From positions 584-64,583 of the forward strand of contig JAGAYI010000027.1 of assembly GCA_017940545.1 (NCBI GenBank): a DNA stretch of 64,000 bases, given 5' to 3'. The notes under the pieces are model-generated. The model searched no databases, had not been told where the DNA came from, and saw nothing but the letters and a program-made list of their open reading frames with translations. The number at the start of each line of letters is the position of its first letter. Position 1 is the stretch's first letter. Positions 20,262 to 29,137 of this stretch are shown piece after piece. Source of the stretch: Prevotella sp. GTDB lineage: Bacteria; Bacteroidota; Bacteroidia; Bacteroidales; Bacteroidaceae. The position numbers were made by a program, and so were the translations under genes.

Positions 20262-20430
20262 ACTCTAATCAATTATAATTCAGCGGCAAAGGTACAAAAT
20301 AAATGACAAAGCGAAGAGCGAAAAGTGAATAATTTATCTCCGCAACTAAAAAAATACTTAACCCATAGCCGATAACTGAAAACTTTTACTACCTTTGTGC
20401 CATGATAACAAACTAAAGACGAAGAAGAAT

Positions 20431-20961
20431 ATGAAGCTATGTATTTTCTGTTCTGCCAACCAGCAGATAGACCACGACTTTTTTGAAATGACCAAGGAAC
20501 TGGGACGTTGGGCTGCAAGAAACGGCCATTCCATCGTATATGGTGGTGTGAACTGTGGTCTGATGGAGTGTGTGGCTAAGGCCACAAAGGAAGTTGGCGG
20601 ACACACTATTGGTGTGGTACCGGCCATCGTAGAGAAATCAGGCCGTGCCAGCAACTACGTAGATGTAGAAATTCCTTGCGACAACCTTAATGACCGCAAA
20701 CAGCTGATGCAGGACATGAGCGACGTGTTCATTGCGCTGCCCGGAGGCATCGGCACCCTCGATGAAATCTTTACCATTGCAGCCTCAGCCACTATCGGCT
20801 ATCACGAAAAGACCGTCATTCTCTATAACATGAAGGGCTTTTGGAACAGCCTCATCGCCATGCTCGACGACCTGCACAGCCGTGGTGTCACCCGTAAGCA
20901 GTGGCGCACCTACATTAAGGTTGCAGACACACTGGAAGACATTAAGAAACTACTGGAGTAG
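20431..20961 (+). CDS. LOG family protein (TIGR00730-type Rossmann fold)
   Basis: VYGG..GLM, RK and ALPGGIGTLDE motifs; promoter at 20390-20397. Confidence 0.92.
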   Translation: MKLCIFCSANQQIDHDFFEMTKELGRWAARNGHSIVYGGVNCGLMECVAKATKEVGGHTIGVVPAIVEKSGRASNYVDVEIPCDNLNDRKQLMQDMSDVFIALPGGIGTLDEIFTIAASATIGYHEKTVILYNMKGFWNSLIAMLDDLHSRGVTRKQWRTYIKVADTLEDIKKLLE

Positions 20962-21034
20962 GATGCCACATCGTTTGAACGCTCGACACATCAAAAAAAA
21001 CGGCCTGATTCTTGGCTTTTTGCGAACTTTTTCG

Positions 21035-21042
21035 TATCTTTG
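21035..21042 (+). promoter_or_regulatory. Orphan sigma-A -7 box with no full gene downstream
   Basis: TATCTTTG, with a TTG at 21012-21014 lying 20 nt upstream. The next full gene is convergent. Confidence 0.65.
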
Positions 21043-21106
21043 CAAGGTCAGAGCAAATGAAGACTATTTGCAAGAAAAAGAGCTATAAATAATCAAGAAG
21101 GGATTA

Positions 21107-21282
21107 CACCGTCCGCTGCAATTACTTTCACCGCCCGCTGCAATTACTTTCAGCGGGCGGTGCTATTCGTTTCAGCGGCCGCTGAAACCCAAAGACCCCG
21201 GCAGAAACTCCCTGTTTCCCCCTACCTTTCTCCCCGTTTCCCCGGGGGTTTCTCCCTGTTTTCCCAGCACAGTCCCAACCTG
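21107..21282. repeat. 22-bp-period repeat array (about 8 units, two unit types)
   Basis: Cores caccgtccgctg, caccgcccgctg, cagcgggcggtg and cagcggccgctg start at 21107, 21129, 21151 and 21173. CTCCCyGTTTyCCC starts at 21208, 21230 and 21252. Confidence 0.85.
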
Positions 21283-21319
21283 TCACCAATACAAGCCACG
21301 TCGGTAAGTTGAAAAAAAT

Positions 21320-21357
21320 AAGGAGTTGTGTGACATGGGTGGTCTCCACAACTCCTT
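21320..21357. terminator. Bidirectional terminator-like hairpin
   Basis: AAGGAGTTGTG ... CACAACTCCTT, with an A tract before and a T tract after. Confidence 0.75.
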
Positions 21358-21382
21358 TTTCCATAAAGTGCTTGTATGTGAC

Positions 21383-22573
21383 TTATGCTTCCTTCAACAG
21401 CCGCGCGGCCATAGCGCGGCCGAGAGCTTCACACTGGGCGGTAGTCTCAGCCGTCAGGCTCTGCTTGATTTCAACAGGCTCGCCAACGGGCTCATAGTGC
21501 AGGCGCTCGTCGTTCCAGCGCTGTATCTCGCTCACAGCTTTGCTTGCCCATCCGTAGGAGCCGAACCAGCCCAGGAGGTGGTTCTTGATGTCCTTGCCGG
21601 CCAACTCCGAGAGCAACACATCCATTTCATGGTAGAGGGCGGTGTTGTAGGTAGGCGCACCGACAATGAGGCCCTTGTAGCGGAACACATCGCGGATGAT
21701 GTAGGAGTGGTGGGTCTTCGAGACGTTATACATCACAATGTTCTTCACGCCAGCCTCAGAGGCAGCACGGGCAATGACCTCGGCAGCACGCTCGGTATTG
21801 CCGTACATGGTGCCGTAGCAGATGACCAGGCCGGGCTCGGTCTCGTACTTCGACAGCTGATCGTAGATGCCGACGACCTTGTCGATGTACTCATGCCAGA
21901 CGGGGCCATGCGTGGCACAGATGTAGTCGAGCTTCACACCGGCCAGCTTCTTCAGGGCGTTCTGCACGGGAGTGCCGTACTTGCCCACGATGTTTGAGTA
22001 GTAGCGCGTCATCTCCAGCCAGAAGGTGTCGCAGTTAATCTGGCTATCGACGATGCCGCCGTTCAGGGCACCGAAGCAGCCGAAGGCATCGCCGCTGAAG
22101 AGCACGTTGCAGGTGGTGTCGAGCGTCACCATCGTCTCGGGCCAGTGGACCATCGGGGTAAAGACAAAGCTCAGCGTATGGTGTCCCAGCTCGATGGAAT
22201 CGCCGTTTTTCACCTCTACGGTATTGTCGGCAATGCCATAGAAGCCTTCCATCATCTGGAACGTCTTTTTGTTGCCCACAATCTGTATCTGCGGATAGTA
22301 CTTCTTGATGAGTGCGATGCTTCCGCTGTGGTCTGGCTCCATGTGGTTGATGACGAGGTAGTCAATGGGACGGTCGCCAATGACCTCCTGGATATGCTCC
22401 ATGAACTGGGTGAAGAAATCCACCTCGACGGTGTCAACAAGGCAAACCTTCTCGTCGTCAATGAGATAGGAATTGTAGCTCACACCATTGGGCAACGGCC
22501 ACAGGCCCTCAAAGAGGTTCTTGTTGCGGTCGTTGACACCTACATAATAGATTTTGTTTGTAATTTCCAACAT
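21383..22573 (-). CDS. fprA: FprA family A-type flavoprotein (flavodiiron protein)
   Basis: HMEPDH, HWPE, FSGDAFG, CATHG and flavodoxin TMYGNT motifs. Confidence 0.93.
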   Translation of the reverse strand: MLEITNKIYYVGVNDRNKNLFEGLWPLPNGVSYNSYLIDDEKVCLVDTVEVDFFTQFMEHIQEVIGDRPIDYLVINHMEPDHSGSIALIKKYYPQIQIVGNKKTFQMMEGFYGIADNTVEVKNGDSIELGHHTLSFVFTPMVHWPETMVTLDTTCNVLFSGDAFGCFGALNGGIVDSQINCDTFWLEMTRYYSNIVGKYGTPVQNALKKLAGVKLDYICATHGPVWHEYIDKVVGIYDQLSKYETEPGLVICYGTMYGNTERAAEVIARAASEAGVKNIVMYNVSKTHHSYIIRDVFRYKGLIVGAPTYNTALYHEMDVLLSELAGKDIKNHLLGWFGSYGWASKAVSEIQRWNDERLHYEPVGEPVEIKQSLTAETTAQCEALGRAMAARLLKEA

Positions 22574-22646
22574 GATTATATTTGTTTGTTTTTAATTGTT
22601 ATGTTTCTGTTATTGGATTGCTCCATCCCCATGGGGAATAAAGTCA

Positions 22647-23579
22647 TCACAGCCCCTGCATCTGCTTGCCAAACTCCGGTGACACACTGTTGTTGATGCT
22701 CCGGCAGCATTCCGCAGAGAAAAGCTGGGCGCTGTTGATGAGCCGGTCCCACTGTTCCTCTGTCAGTCCGTCGGTGACCATGCTGCTGGTAATGCCTTGT
22801 TTCAACAAACCGAACACAAAGCCGGCATTGAAATTGTCGCCGGCACCAATCGTGCTCACCACGTCGGTTGGAGTGACGGCATATTCTTTTCTGAAACCAT
22901 CTTCAGCACGAACCACCAACGGTTCCTTGCCGCAAGTGCAGATGAACTTCTTGCAGTAGAAAGAGACATGTGTACGGTAAATAGTGTCAGCATCGGTCAT
23001 GCGGAACAAGATGTTAAAGTCTTCATGGCTGCCGCGCACGATGTCGGCCAGTTCTAGGTTCTCCAGAAAGTTGGCCGTCAGTTTCATGACCTCATGCTGA
23101 TGGGATGCCCGGAAATTCACGTCGTAGTAAAGAATGGCCCCACGCTGGTGAGCATACTGCAGGAAGGCAAGCACCTGGGGGCGTATGACCGGATTCAACG
23201 CGTAATAACTTCCGAAAAGCACGATGTCGTCTTCGTTCACTTCCGGGTAAGAAAAATCAAGACGGTCACGCGGGTGATCCTTATAAAAGAGGTATTCCGC
23301 GTCGTTCTGCTCGTTGAGGAAAGCCAGAGAAAGAGGTGACTTAGACTCTGGATAGACATTGACATTGGAGGTATCGACATGATTCTCTTCCAGAAAACTG
23401 ATGATTCTGCGCCCCACGCGGTCATTTCCCGTTTCACTGATAAACGTAGCCGGGACACCGGAACGTCCCAGCGAGATAAGTGCATTGAATGTTGAGCCGC
23501 CCGGCACGGCGCTGACTGGCTGGTCGCCCTGAAAGATAATGTCGAGAACAGTCTCTCCTATTCCTATTACTTTGCGCAT
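22647..23579 (-). CDS. PfkB family carbohydrate kinase
   Basis: GGSTFN, YDVNFR and STIGAGDNFNAGF motifs; promoter at 23600-23607. Confidence 0.92.
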   Translation of the reverse strand: MRKVIGIGETVLDIIFQGDQPVSAVPGGSTFNALISLGRSGVPATFISETGNDRVGRRIISFLEENHVDTSNVNVYPESKSPLSLAFLNEQNDAEYLFYKDHPRDRLDFSYPEVNEDDIVLFGSYYALNPVIRPQVLAFLQYAHQRGAILYYDVNFRASHQHEVMKLTANFLENLELADIVRGSHEDFNILFRMTDADTIYRTHVSFYCKKFICTCGKEPLVVRAEDGFRKEYAVTPTDVVSTIGAGDNFNAGFVFGLLKQGITSSMVTDGLTEEQWDRLINSAQLFSAECCRSINNSVSPEFGKQMQGL

Positions 23580-23793
23580 AAAATAATCTATTTTGCTTGC
23601 AAAGATACGACGAAGCAAGGAGAAAACCAAAAATTTTAGTTTATTTGGTTGTTAACATTCTATAATTCAAAGAAAACACGTTTTTACTTTCCTGCTGTTT
23701 TCAAGTCATAGATATAGAGTCAAAGGCTACATGTTGGCTATCCTCAAGAACAAGCCAGGTAGCACCGAGCATTTATCATTAAAACAAAATAAT

Positions 23794-24978
23794 ATGAAAG
23801 ACTTTAATTACTATGCACCGACAGAAGTGGTATTCGGTGAACAGTCAGAGGAGCAGGTGGCTCGTCTGGTGAAGAAGTATGGTGGCACAAAGGTACTGGT
23901 ACACTACGGTGGACAGAGTGCCATACGTTCAGGACTGCTCGACAAGGTATGCACCTTGCTGGGCGAAGAGGGCATCGAGTATGTCACGCTGGGCGGTGTG
24001 GTGCCTAACCCAAGGCTCTCGCTGGCTCAGCAGGGCATTGAACTGTGCCGTAAAGAAAATGTCGATTTTGTTCTTGCAGTAGGTGGCGGCAGCGTTATCG
24101 ACTCTGCTAAATGCATCGCATACGGAGTATGCTTCGAGGGCAACGTGTGGGACATCTATTTAGGCAAGGCGCAACCTACGCGCATGCTGCCCGTCGCTTC
24201 GGTACTGACCATTCCTGCAGCTGGTAGTGAGATGAGCGAGTCGAGCGTTATCACCAACGAGGACGGCGACGTGAAATTAGGCTACAGCAACGACTTGTCA
24301 CGTCCGAAGTTTGCCATCATGAACCCCCGCCGCACCTTTACGCTGCCTCCCTACCAGACTGCAGCTGGCGTGACGGACATGATGATGCACACCATGGAAC
24401 GCTACTTCACCAAGGACGATGACATGGACCTGACGACCGACGTGGCAGAGGCCCTGCTGCGCAGCATAAAGAATGCCGTGTTTGCCGTGCTGAAGAACCC
24501 CGAGGACTACCGCTACCGCGCACAGATTATGTGGGGTGGCAGTCTGATGCACAACGGACTGACGGGCTGTGGCATCAGCGACGACTGGGCCACCCACCAG
24601 TTGGAGCACGAGCTGAGCGGCATGTTCGACGTGACGCACGGTGCCGGACTGGCAGCCATCTGGCCCAGTTGGGCCCGCTACACCATGCACGAGAACCTGA
24701 GCCGCTTCGTACGCTTTGCCGTCAACGTAATGGATGTGCCAAACGACTTTACCGACCCTGAGGGTACTGCCTTGAAGGGCATCGAGGCAATGGAGCGTTT
24801 CTACCATGCCATCGGCATGCCTATCAACATCAAGGAGCTGATTGGACGCGACATTACTGACGACGAGATTCGTGAAATGACACGCAAGTGCAGCCGTGAC
24901 TATACTGCCACATGTGGCTGCCTGAAGGTGCTCAAGGCCGACGACATGGAAGCCATTTACAAACTGGCAAGAGGATAA
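23794..24978 (+). CDS. Iron-containing alcohol dehydrogenase (butanol dehydrogenase-like)
   Basis: GVVPNP, AVGGGSVIDSAK, TIPAAGSE, HQLEHELS and HGAGLA motifs. Confidence 0.93.
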   Translation: MKDFNYYAPTEVVFGEQSEEQVARLVKKYGGTKVLVHYGGQSAIRSGLLDKVCTLLGEEGIEYVTLGGVVPNPRLSLAQQGIELCRKENVDFVLAVGGGSVIDSAKCIAYGVCFEGNVWDIYLGKAQPTRMLPVASVLTIPAAGSEMSESSVITNEDGDVKLGYSNDLSRPKFAIMNPRRTFTLPPYQTAAGVTDMMMHTMERYFTKDDDMDLTTDVAEALLRSIKNAVFAVLKNPEDYRYRAQIMWGGSLMHNGLTGCGISDDWATHQLEHELSGMFDVTHGAGLAAIWPSWARYTMHENLSRFVRFAVNVMDVPNDFTDPEGTALKGIEAMERFYHAIGMPINIKELIGRDITDDEIREMTRKCSRDYTATCGCLKVLKADDMEAIYKLARG

Positions 24979-24982
24979 CAAG

Positions 24983-26257
24983 ATGTTCATGAACGAATCG
25001 ACGACAGCATATAACACAACAACCCTCAGCAACGGACTGCGCATCATTCACCTCCCTACTCCCGGTCAGCAGGTGGTGTACTGCGGCTACGCCATTGCTG
25101 CAGGAACACGACACGAAGTGCCAGGCGAAGAGGGCCTGGCACACTTCGTGGAACACACCACCTTCAAAGGAACCGCGAAACGGTCGGCACTGCAAATCCT
25201 GAATTGCCTGGAAAGCGTGGGCGGCGACCTCAACGCCTTTACCACCAAGGAGCACACCATCTACTACGCCACCGTGCTGCACGAACATTTCAACCGCGCT
25301 GCCGACCTGCTTACTGACATTGTCTTCAACAGCTGTTATCCGCAAGCCGAGATAGAGAAAGAACGCGAGGTGATATGCGATGAAATCGAAAGTTATAACG
25401 ACTCACCGGCAGAACTCATCTTCGATGAATTCGAGAATTTGCTGTTCCCCAACCATCCCTTGGGACATAATATATTAGGTACGCGCGAGCGAGTCCGCTC
25501 TTTTACGACGGCCGATGCACAACGCTTCGCCCGTCGCCATTATCGTCCGGAGAACATGGTGTTCTTTGTCTATGGAGATGTGATGTTTGAAAAGCTTGTG
25601 AAGAGTATAGAGTGTAAAGTTGAGAGCTTTGAGATTGCTACCGCCGCTGAAAACAGCGCAGAAAGTTCCGCAGTAGCAAACTCTAAACTCTCAACTCTAA
25701 ACTCTACACTAAATCACACTCTAAACTCTACACTATCCCACCATCAGGCGCACGTCATGCTGGGCACTCGCACATTTGCTGCCGACGATGAGCGACGCAT
25801 ACCGCTGTTCCTGCTAAACAACATCTTGGGCGGTCCGGGCATGAATGCACGTCTGAACCTATCTCTCCGGGAGCGTCGCGGACTGGTATATACCGTGGAG
25901 AGCAACATGACAACCTACTCTGACACTGGTACATGGGCTGTCTATTTTGGCTGTGACCATGAAGATGTGAAACGCTGTTTACGGCTGGTGCGTCATGAAT
26001 TGGAGCGCATGGCTGAACATCCGCTGAGTGAACGACAGCTCGCCGCTGCCAAACGACAGCTGAAAGGCCAGATGGCCATTGCCTCCGACAACCACGAACA
26101 GTTTGCCCTCGACATGGCAAAGGTATATCTGCACGATCATAAGGAGCACCACATCAGCCAGCTGTTCCGGCAGATTGATGCCGTTACGACAACCCAGATG
26201 CAACAGATAGCCCAGGAGTTCTTCACCCCCGAACGACTCCAGACGCTTATTCTATAA
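24983..26257 (+). CDS. M16 (pitrilysin) family zinc peptidase with in-frame repeat insertion
   Basis: HFVEH (HxxEH), LNAFT and LRERRGLVY motifs. Confidence 0.93.
   Translation: MFMNESTTAYNTTTLSNGLRIIHLPTPGQQVVYCGYAIAAGTRHEVPGEEGLAHFVEHTTFKGTAKRSALQILNCLESVGGDLNAFTTKEHTIYYATVLHEHFNRAADLLTDIVFNSCYPQAEIEKEREVICDEIESYNDSPAELIFDEFENLLFPNHPLGHNILGTRERVRSFTTADAQRFARRHYRPENMVFFVYGDVMFEKLVKSIECKVESFEIATAAENSAESSAVANSKLSTLNSTLNHTLNSTLSHHQAHVMLGTRTFAADDERRIPLFLLNNILGGPGMNARLNLSLRERRGLVYTVESNMTTYSDTGTWAVYFGCDHEDVKRCLRLVRHELERMAEHPLSERQLAAAKRQLKGQMAIASDNHEQFALDMAKVYLHDHKEHHISQLFRQIDAVTTTQMQQIAQEFFTPERLQTLIL
25604..25735. repeat. In-frame palindromic heptamer-repeat element within the M16 peptidase
   Basis: 41-nt arms at 25604-25644 and 25670-25710 are reverse complements at 34/41 positions. 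Encodes SIECKVESFEIATA...VANSKLSTLNSTLNHTLNSTL. Confidence 0.9.
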
Positions 26258-26333
26258 GGTATCAATAACTATAAAGTCATCTGAAAAAAGGAAATCATAT
26301 AGCAGATGACCTAACAACAATATCATCTTGGCA

Positions 26334-26831
26334 TCACATGCAAGGCCGTAACTGGCGCCGGACCTCCCTACGGGCTTGGCCGAGGCGATATTCTACGGCA
26401 CGGTATGGTTGATGGGTTTCTTCGGCAATTTGCCTGACCTGCATACCGCCATAGATATGCAGATGATAGACCTCACGGCATTCAGGAGCCAGGCGTGCCA
26501 GCGTACGCTCCATGCGTTCCATGAGTTCACGGACAGAGATGACCGATTCCATCGAGTCGGAGGAGTCTCCCGTACCTATTATATAATGTTCGTATTCTTC
26601 GCGAATACGGCGGCGGCGGAACCAGTCGGCCACCGCATGGCGCGCCATCGTAAACACCAAGGCGAGCAACGTGGTTTCGCTGATGAGTTTGTCAGACTGC
26701 AGCAGACGGACAAAGACATCCTGCACGACGTCCTGTGCGGCATCGTTGTCGCCCACACGCACCGCGACGAAACCAACGATTTCGTCGCGGTGGTGAGCAT
26801 AGTAGTCAGCTATGGTCTGACGGTTATTCAT
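26334..26831 (-). CDS. ECF RNA polymerase sigma factor, last gene of the xylan operon
   Basis: AQDVVQDVFVRL (region 2) and LAPECREVY..GMQVRQIA (region 4). Confidence 0.88.
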   Translation of the reverse strand: MNNRQTIADYYAHHRDEIVGFVAVRVGDNDAAQDVVQDVFVRLLQSDKLISETTLLALVFTMARHAVADWFRRRRIREEYEHYIIGTGDSSDSMESVISVRELMERMERTLARLAPECREVYHLHIYGGMQVRQIAEETHQPYRAVEYRLGQARREVRRQLRPCM

Positions 26832-26854
26832 GTTAAAAGATTAGTTGCAAATTC

Positions 26855-27889
26855 TCACTCTTCGTTATTCACTTTCTGGATGGATCCATCCTCGTTGTAG
26901 AACAGGCGCTGTACCTTTAGGGAGCGCAGGTGCGTAATGTCGTTCGAAGGCACGCAGTCGTGGTAGAACAGGTACCACTGCCCCTTGTACTCCACGATAG
27001 AGTGGTGGGTGGTCCAGCCTACAACGGGGTCAAGGATAACACCCTGATAGGTGAACGGACCATAGGGGTTGTCACCCGTAGCGTAGCACAGGAAGTGGCT
27101 GTCGCCGGTAGAGTATGAGAAGTAATACTTGCCGTTGTACTTATGCATCCACGATGCCTCGAAGAAGCGGTGCGGGTCGCTGGCCTTCAGGGGCTGTCCG
27201 TCCTTGTCGAGGATGATGACAGGACGCGGTGCCTCGTTGAACTGCAGCACGTCGTCGCTCATGCGTACCACATTGCTGGGCAGCGCCGGAGCGTCGGGCT
27301 TCGCAAAGAGTTCCGTCTTGTGGTCGGGAGCAGCACCAAGGTCAACGAGTCCGTTCTTGTCGCCGTACTTGCCGGGGATGGTCTCGAAGCCATGATAGAG
27401 CGAGCGGTTCCACTGCAGCTGTCCGCCCCAGAGTCCGCCGAAGTAGCAGTATATCTGCCCGTCGTCGTCCTTGAACATGCATGGGTCGATAGAGAATGAG
27501 CCGCGAATGGGCTGTGGCTGGGGAACGAACGGGCCCTCAGGCGTATCGCTGACAGCAACGCCCAAACGGAACACGCCGTCGTAACCCTTGGCAGAGAAGA
27601 TGAGGAAGTACTTGCCGTCCTTCTCAACGACATCATTGTCCCACATCTGCTTTTCAGCCCAGGGCACGTCCTTCACGTCAAGGATGACACCGTGGTCTGT
27701 GACGTCGCCGTTCTCCACGTCGTCCCACGACAGCACATGGTAGTCCTTCATCTGGAAGTGACCGCCGTCGTCGTCAAAGCACTCGCCGGCATCCCAGTCG
27801 TGTGAGGGATAAACATAGAGGCGTCCGTTAAACACATTGGCTGAGGGGTCAGCCATATAATCACTCTGGAAAAGATAACGAGGTTTCAT
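26855..27889 (-). CDS. GH43 beta-xylosidase / arabinofuranosidase (cytoplasmic)
   Basis: MADPSA..YVYPSHD, SIDP, RFFEASW and GWTTHHSI motifs; no signal peptide. Confidence 0.93.
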   Translation of the reverse strand: MKPRYLFQSDYMADPSANVFNGRLYVYPSHDWDAGECFDDDGGHFQMKDYHVLSWDDVENGDVTDHGVILDVKDVPWAEKQMWDNDVVEKDGKYFLIFSAKGYDGVFRLGVAVSDTPEGPFVPQPQPIRGSFSIDPCMFKDDDGQIYCYFGGLWGGQLQWNRSLYHGFETIPGKYGDKNGLVDLGAAPDHKTELFAKPDAPALPSNVVRMSDDVLQFNEAPRPVIILDKDGQPLKASDPHRFFEASWMHKYNGKYYFSYSTGDSHFLCYATGDNPYGPFTYQGVILDPVVGWTTHHSIVEYKGQWYLFYHDCVPSNDITHLRSLKVQRLFYNEDGSIQKVNNEE

Positions 27890-27932
27890 ATTTTTTCGAT
27901 TTAATGATTTACGATTTATTACTTATGTTTTT

Positions 27933-29114
27933 TTATTTCACTAATTCAATGAGTTTATCAACTATGGGCTTGCGCTGATTCTGGCGGTCAAAGAGTGTGG
28001 CATAGTCAGTACGCCCCGGTATGGGGAAGTCGTTGCGCCAGGAGTTCGCATCGTTCAGGCACCAGAAGTTGACACGCAGAATGTCCTTATGGTGGGGAAT
28101 GAGCATTTTGTAGAAGTCTATCCAGAACTGTTCCATCTTCGCTTCCTGCTCGCGCGTCAGTCCTTTTTTGTAGGGATCCATCTCCGGGCGATAGGCAAAC
28201 TTGTCACTGATATTCGCACCTGAGAAACCGAAAGGATTAGGCAGCACCGAGAGATCCAGTTCAGAGAAGAAGGTGGGCACGCCAACTGTGGCGATGGTCT
28301 CCACGGAGTGCTCGTACTGCCTGATGATGTTGTTGTTGACATTGTCCTCTAAAATCATGTGCCCCTGCATGCCAATGGCAGTCACGGGCAGTCCCTGCCG
28401 AATGAGCGGACGGAAGAAATTGGCAACTCCCTCCACCTTCGCTGCCTTGTTCATGGAGAAGTCGTTATAGAACAGCTGGATGTTGGGGTCTGCCTCGTGG
28501 GCATACTGGAAAGCAAGGGGGATATAGTCAGTACCCAAAATCTGATAGAACAGGCTCTTGCGCGGCGTGCCGTCATCTTCGAATGCCTCGTTTACCACGT
28601 CCCAAGCATCAATGCGCCCCTTGAAATGGCTGACGATGGTATAAATATGTTCGCGCATGCGTTGTTTCAGCACTTCAGGCGATACGAGATTACCCTGTTC
28701 GTCGTAATGGAACCACGGCGCACACTGTGAGTGCCAAATGAGACAATGCCCCTGCACCTTCAAACCAGCGGCCTTGGCCTTATTGACAAACTGGTCGGCC
28801 AGCGTGAAGTCATAAACCCCTTCCTTGGGGTGTATCACCTCGCACTTCATACAGTTCTCTGCCACCACCCAGTTGAAGTTCTCAACAATGGCAGGCCAGT
28901 CCTTCGTCTGGTCAGCCGAAATGAATCCCGTCACATCGTGCTCGTTAGTACCCAACTTGTCGGCAGCCACCTGCCACTGATTGACACTTACCCCCGTAAA
29001 CCAATAGTCACGGTAGGCATCAGCGAGACCGCGCCTGCTCTGCGCAGACACGGTCCCAAATACAAAAACTACTAACGATAATATTATTAATAACTTAAAC
29101 GATGATGATTTCAT
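27933..29114 (-). CDS. GH10 endo-1,4-beta-xylanase
   Basis: AENCMK, GHCLIWHSQ, WDVVNE (acid/base), GMQGH and SELD (nucleophile) motifs; signal peptide. Confidence 0.95.
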   Translation of the reverse strand: MKSSSFKLLIILSLVVFVFGTVSAQSRRGLADAYRDYWFTGVSVNQWQVAADKLGTNEHDVTGFISADQTKDWPAIVENFNWVVAENCMKCEVIHPKEGVYDFTLADQFVNKAKAAGLKVQGHCLIWHSQCAPWFHYDEQGNLVSPEVLKQRMREHIYTIVSHFKGRIDAWDVVNEAFEDDGTPRKSLFYQILGTDYIPLAFQYAHEADPNIQLFYNDFSMNKAAKVEGVANFFRPLIRQGLPVTAIGMQGHMILEDNVNNNIIRQYEHSVETIATVGVPTFFSELDLSVLPNPFGFSGANISDKFAYRPEMDPYKKGLTREQEAKMEQFWIDFYKMLIPHHKDILRVNFWCLNDANSWRNDFPIPGRTDYATLFDRQNQRKPIVDKLIELVK

Positions 29115-29137
29115 TGGTTATTGTTGAAATGTTATGT

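Noticed and set aside
21107-21282. CRISPR array interpretation of the 22-bp arrays (also 47118-47262)
   Set aside because: Units are only 22 bp with 9-10 nt spacers, the cores are degenerate and flip orientation, and there are no cas genes in the window.
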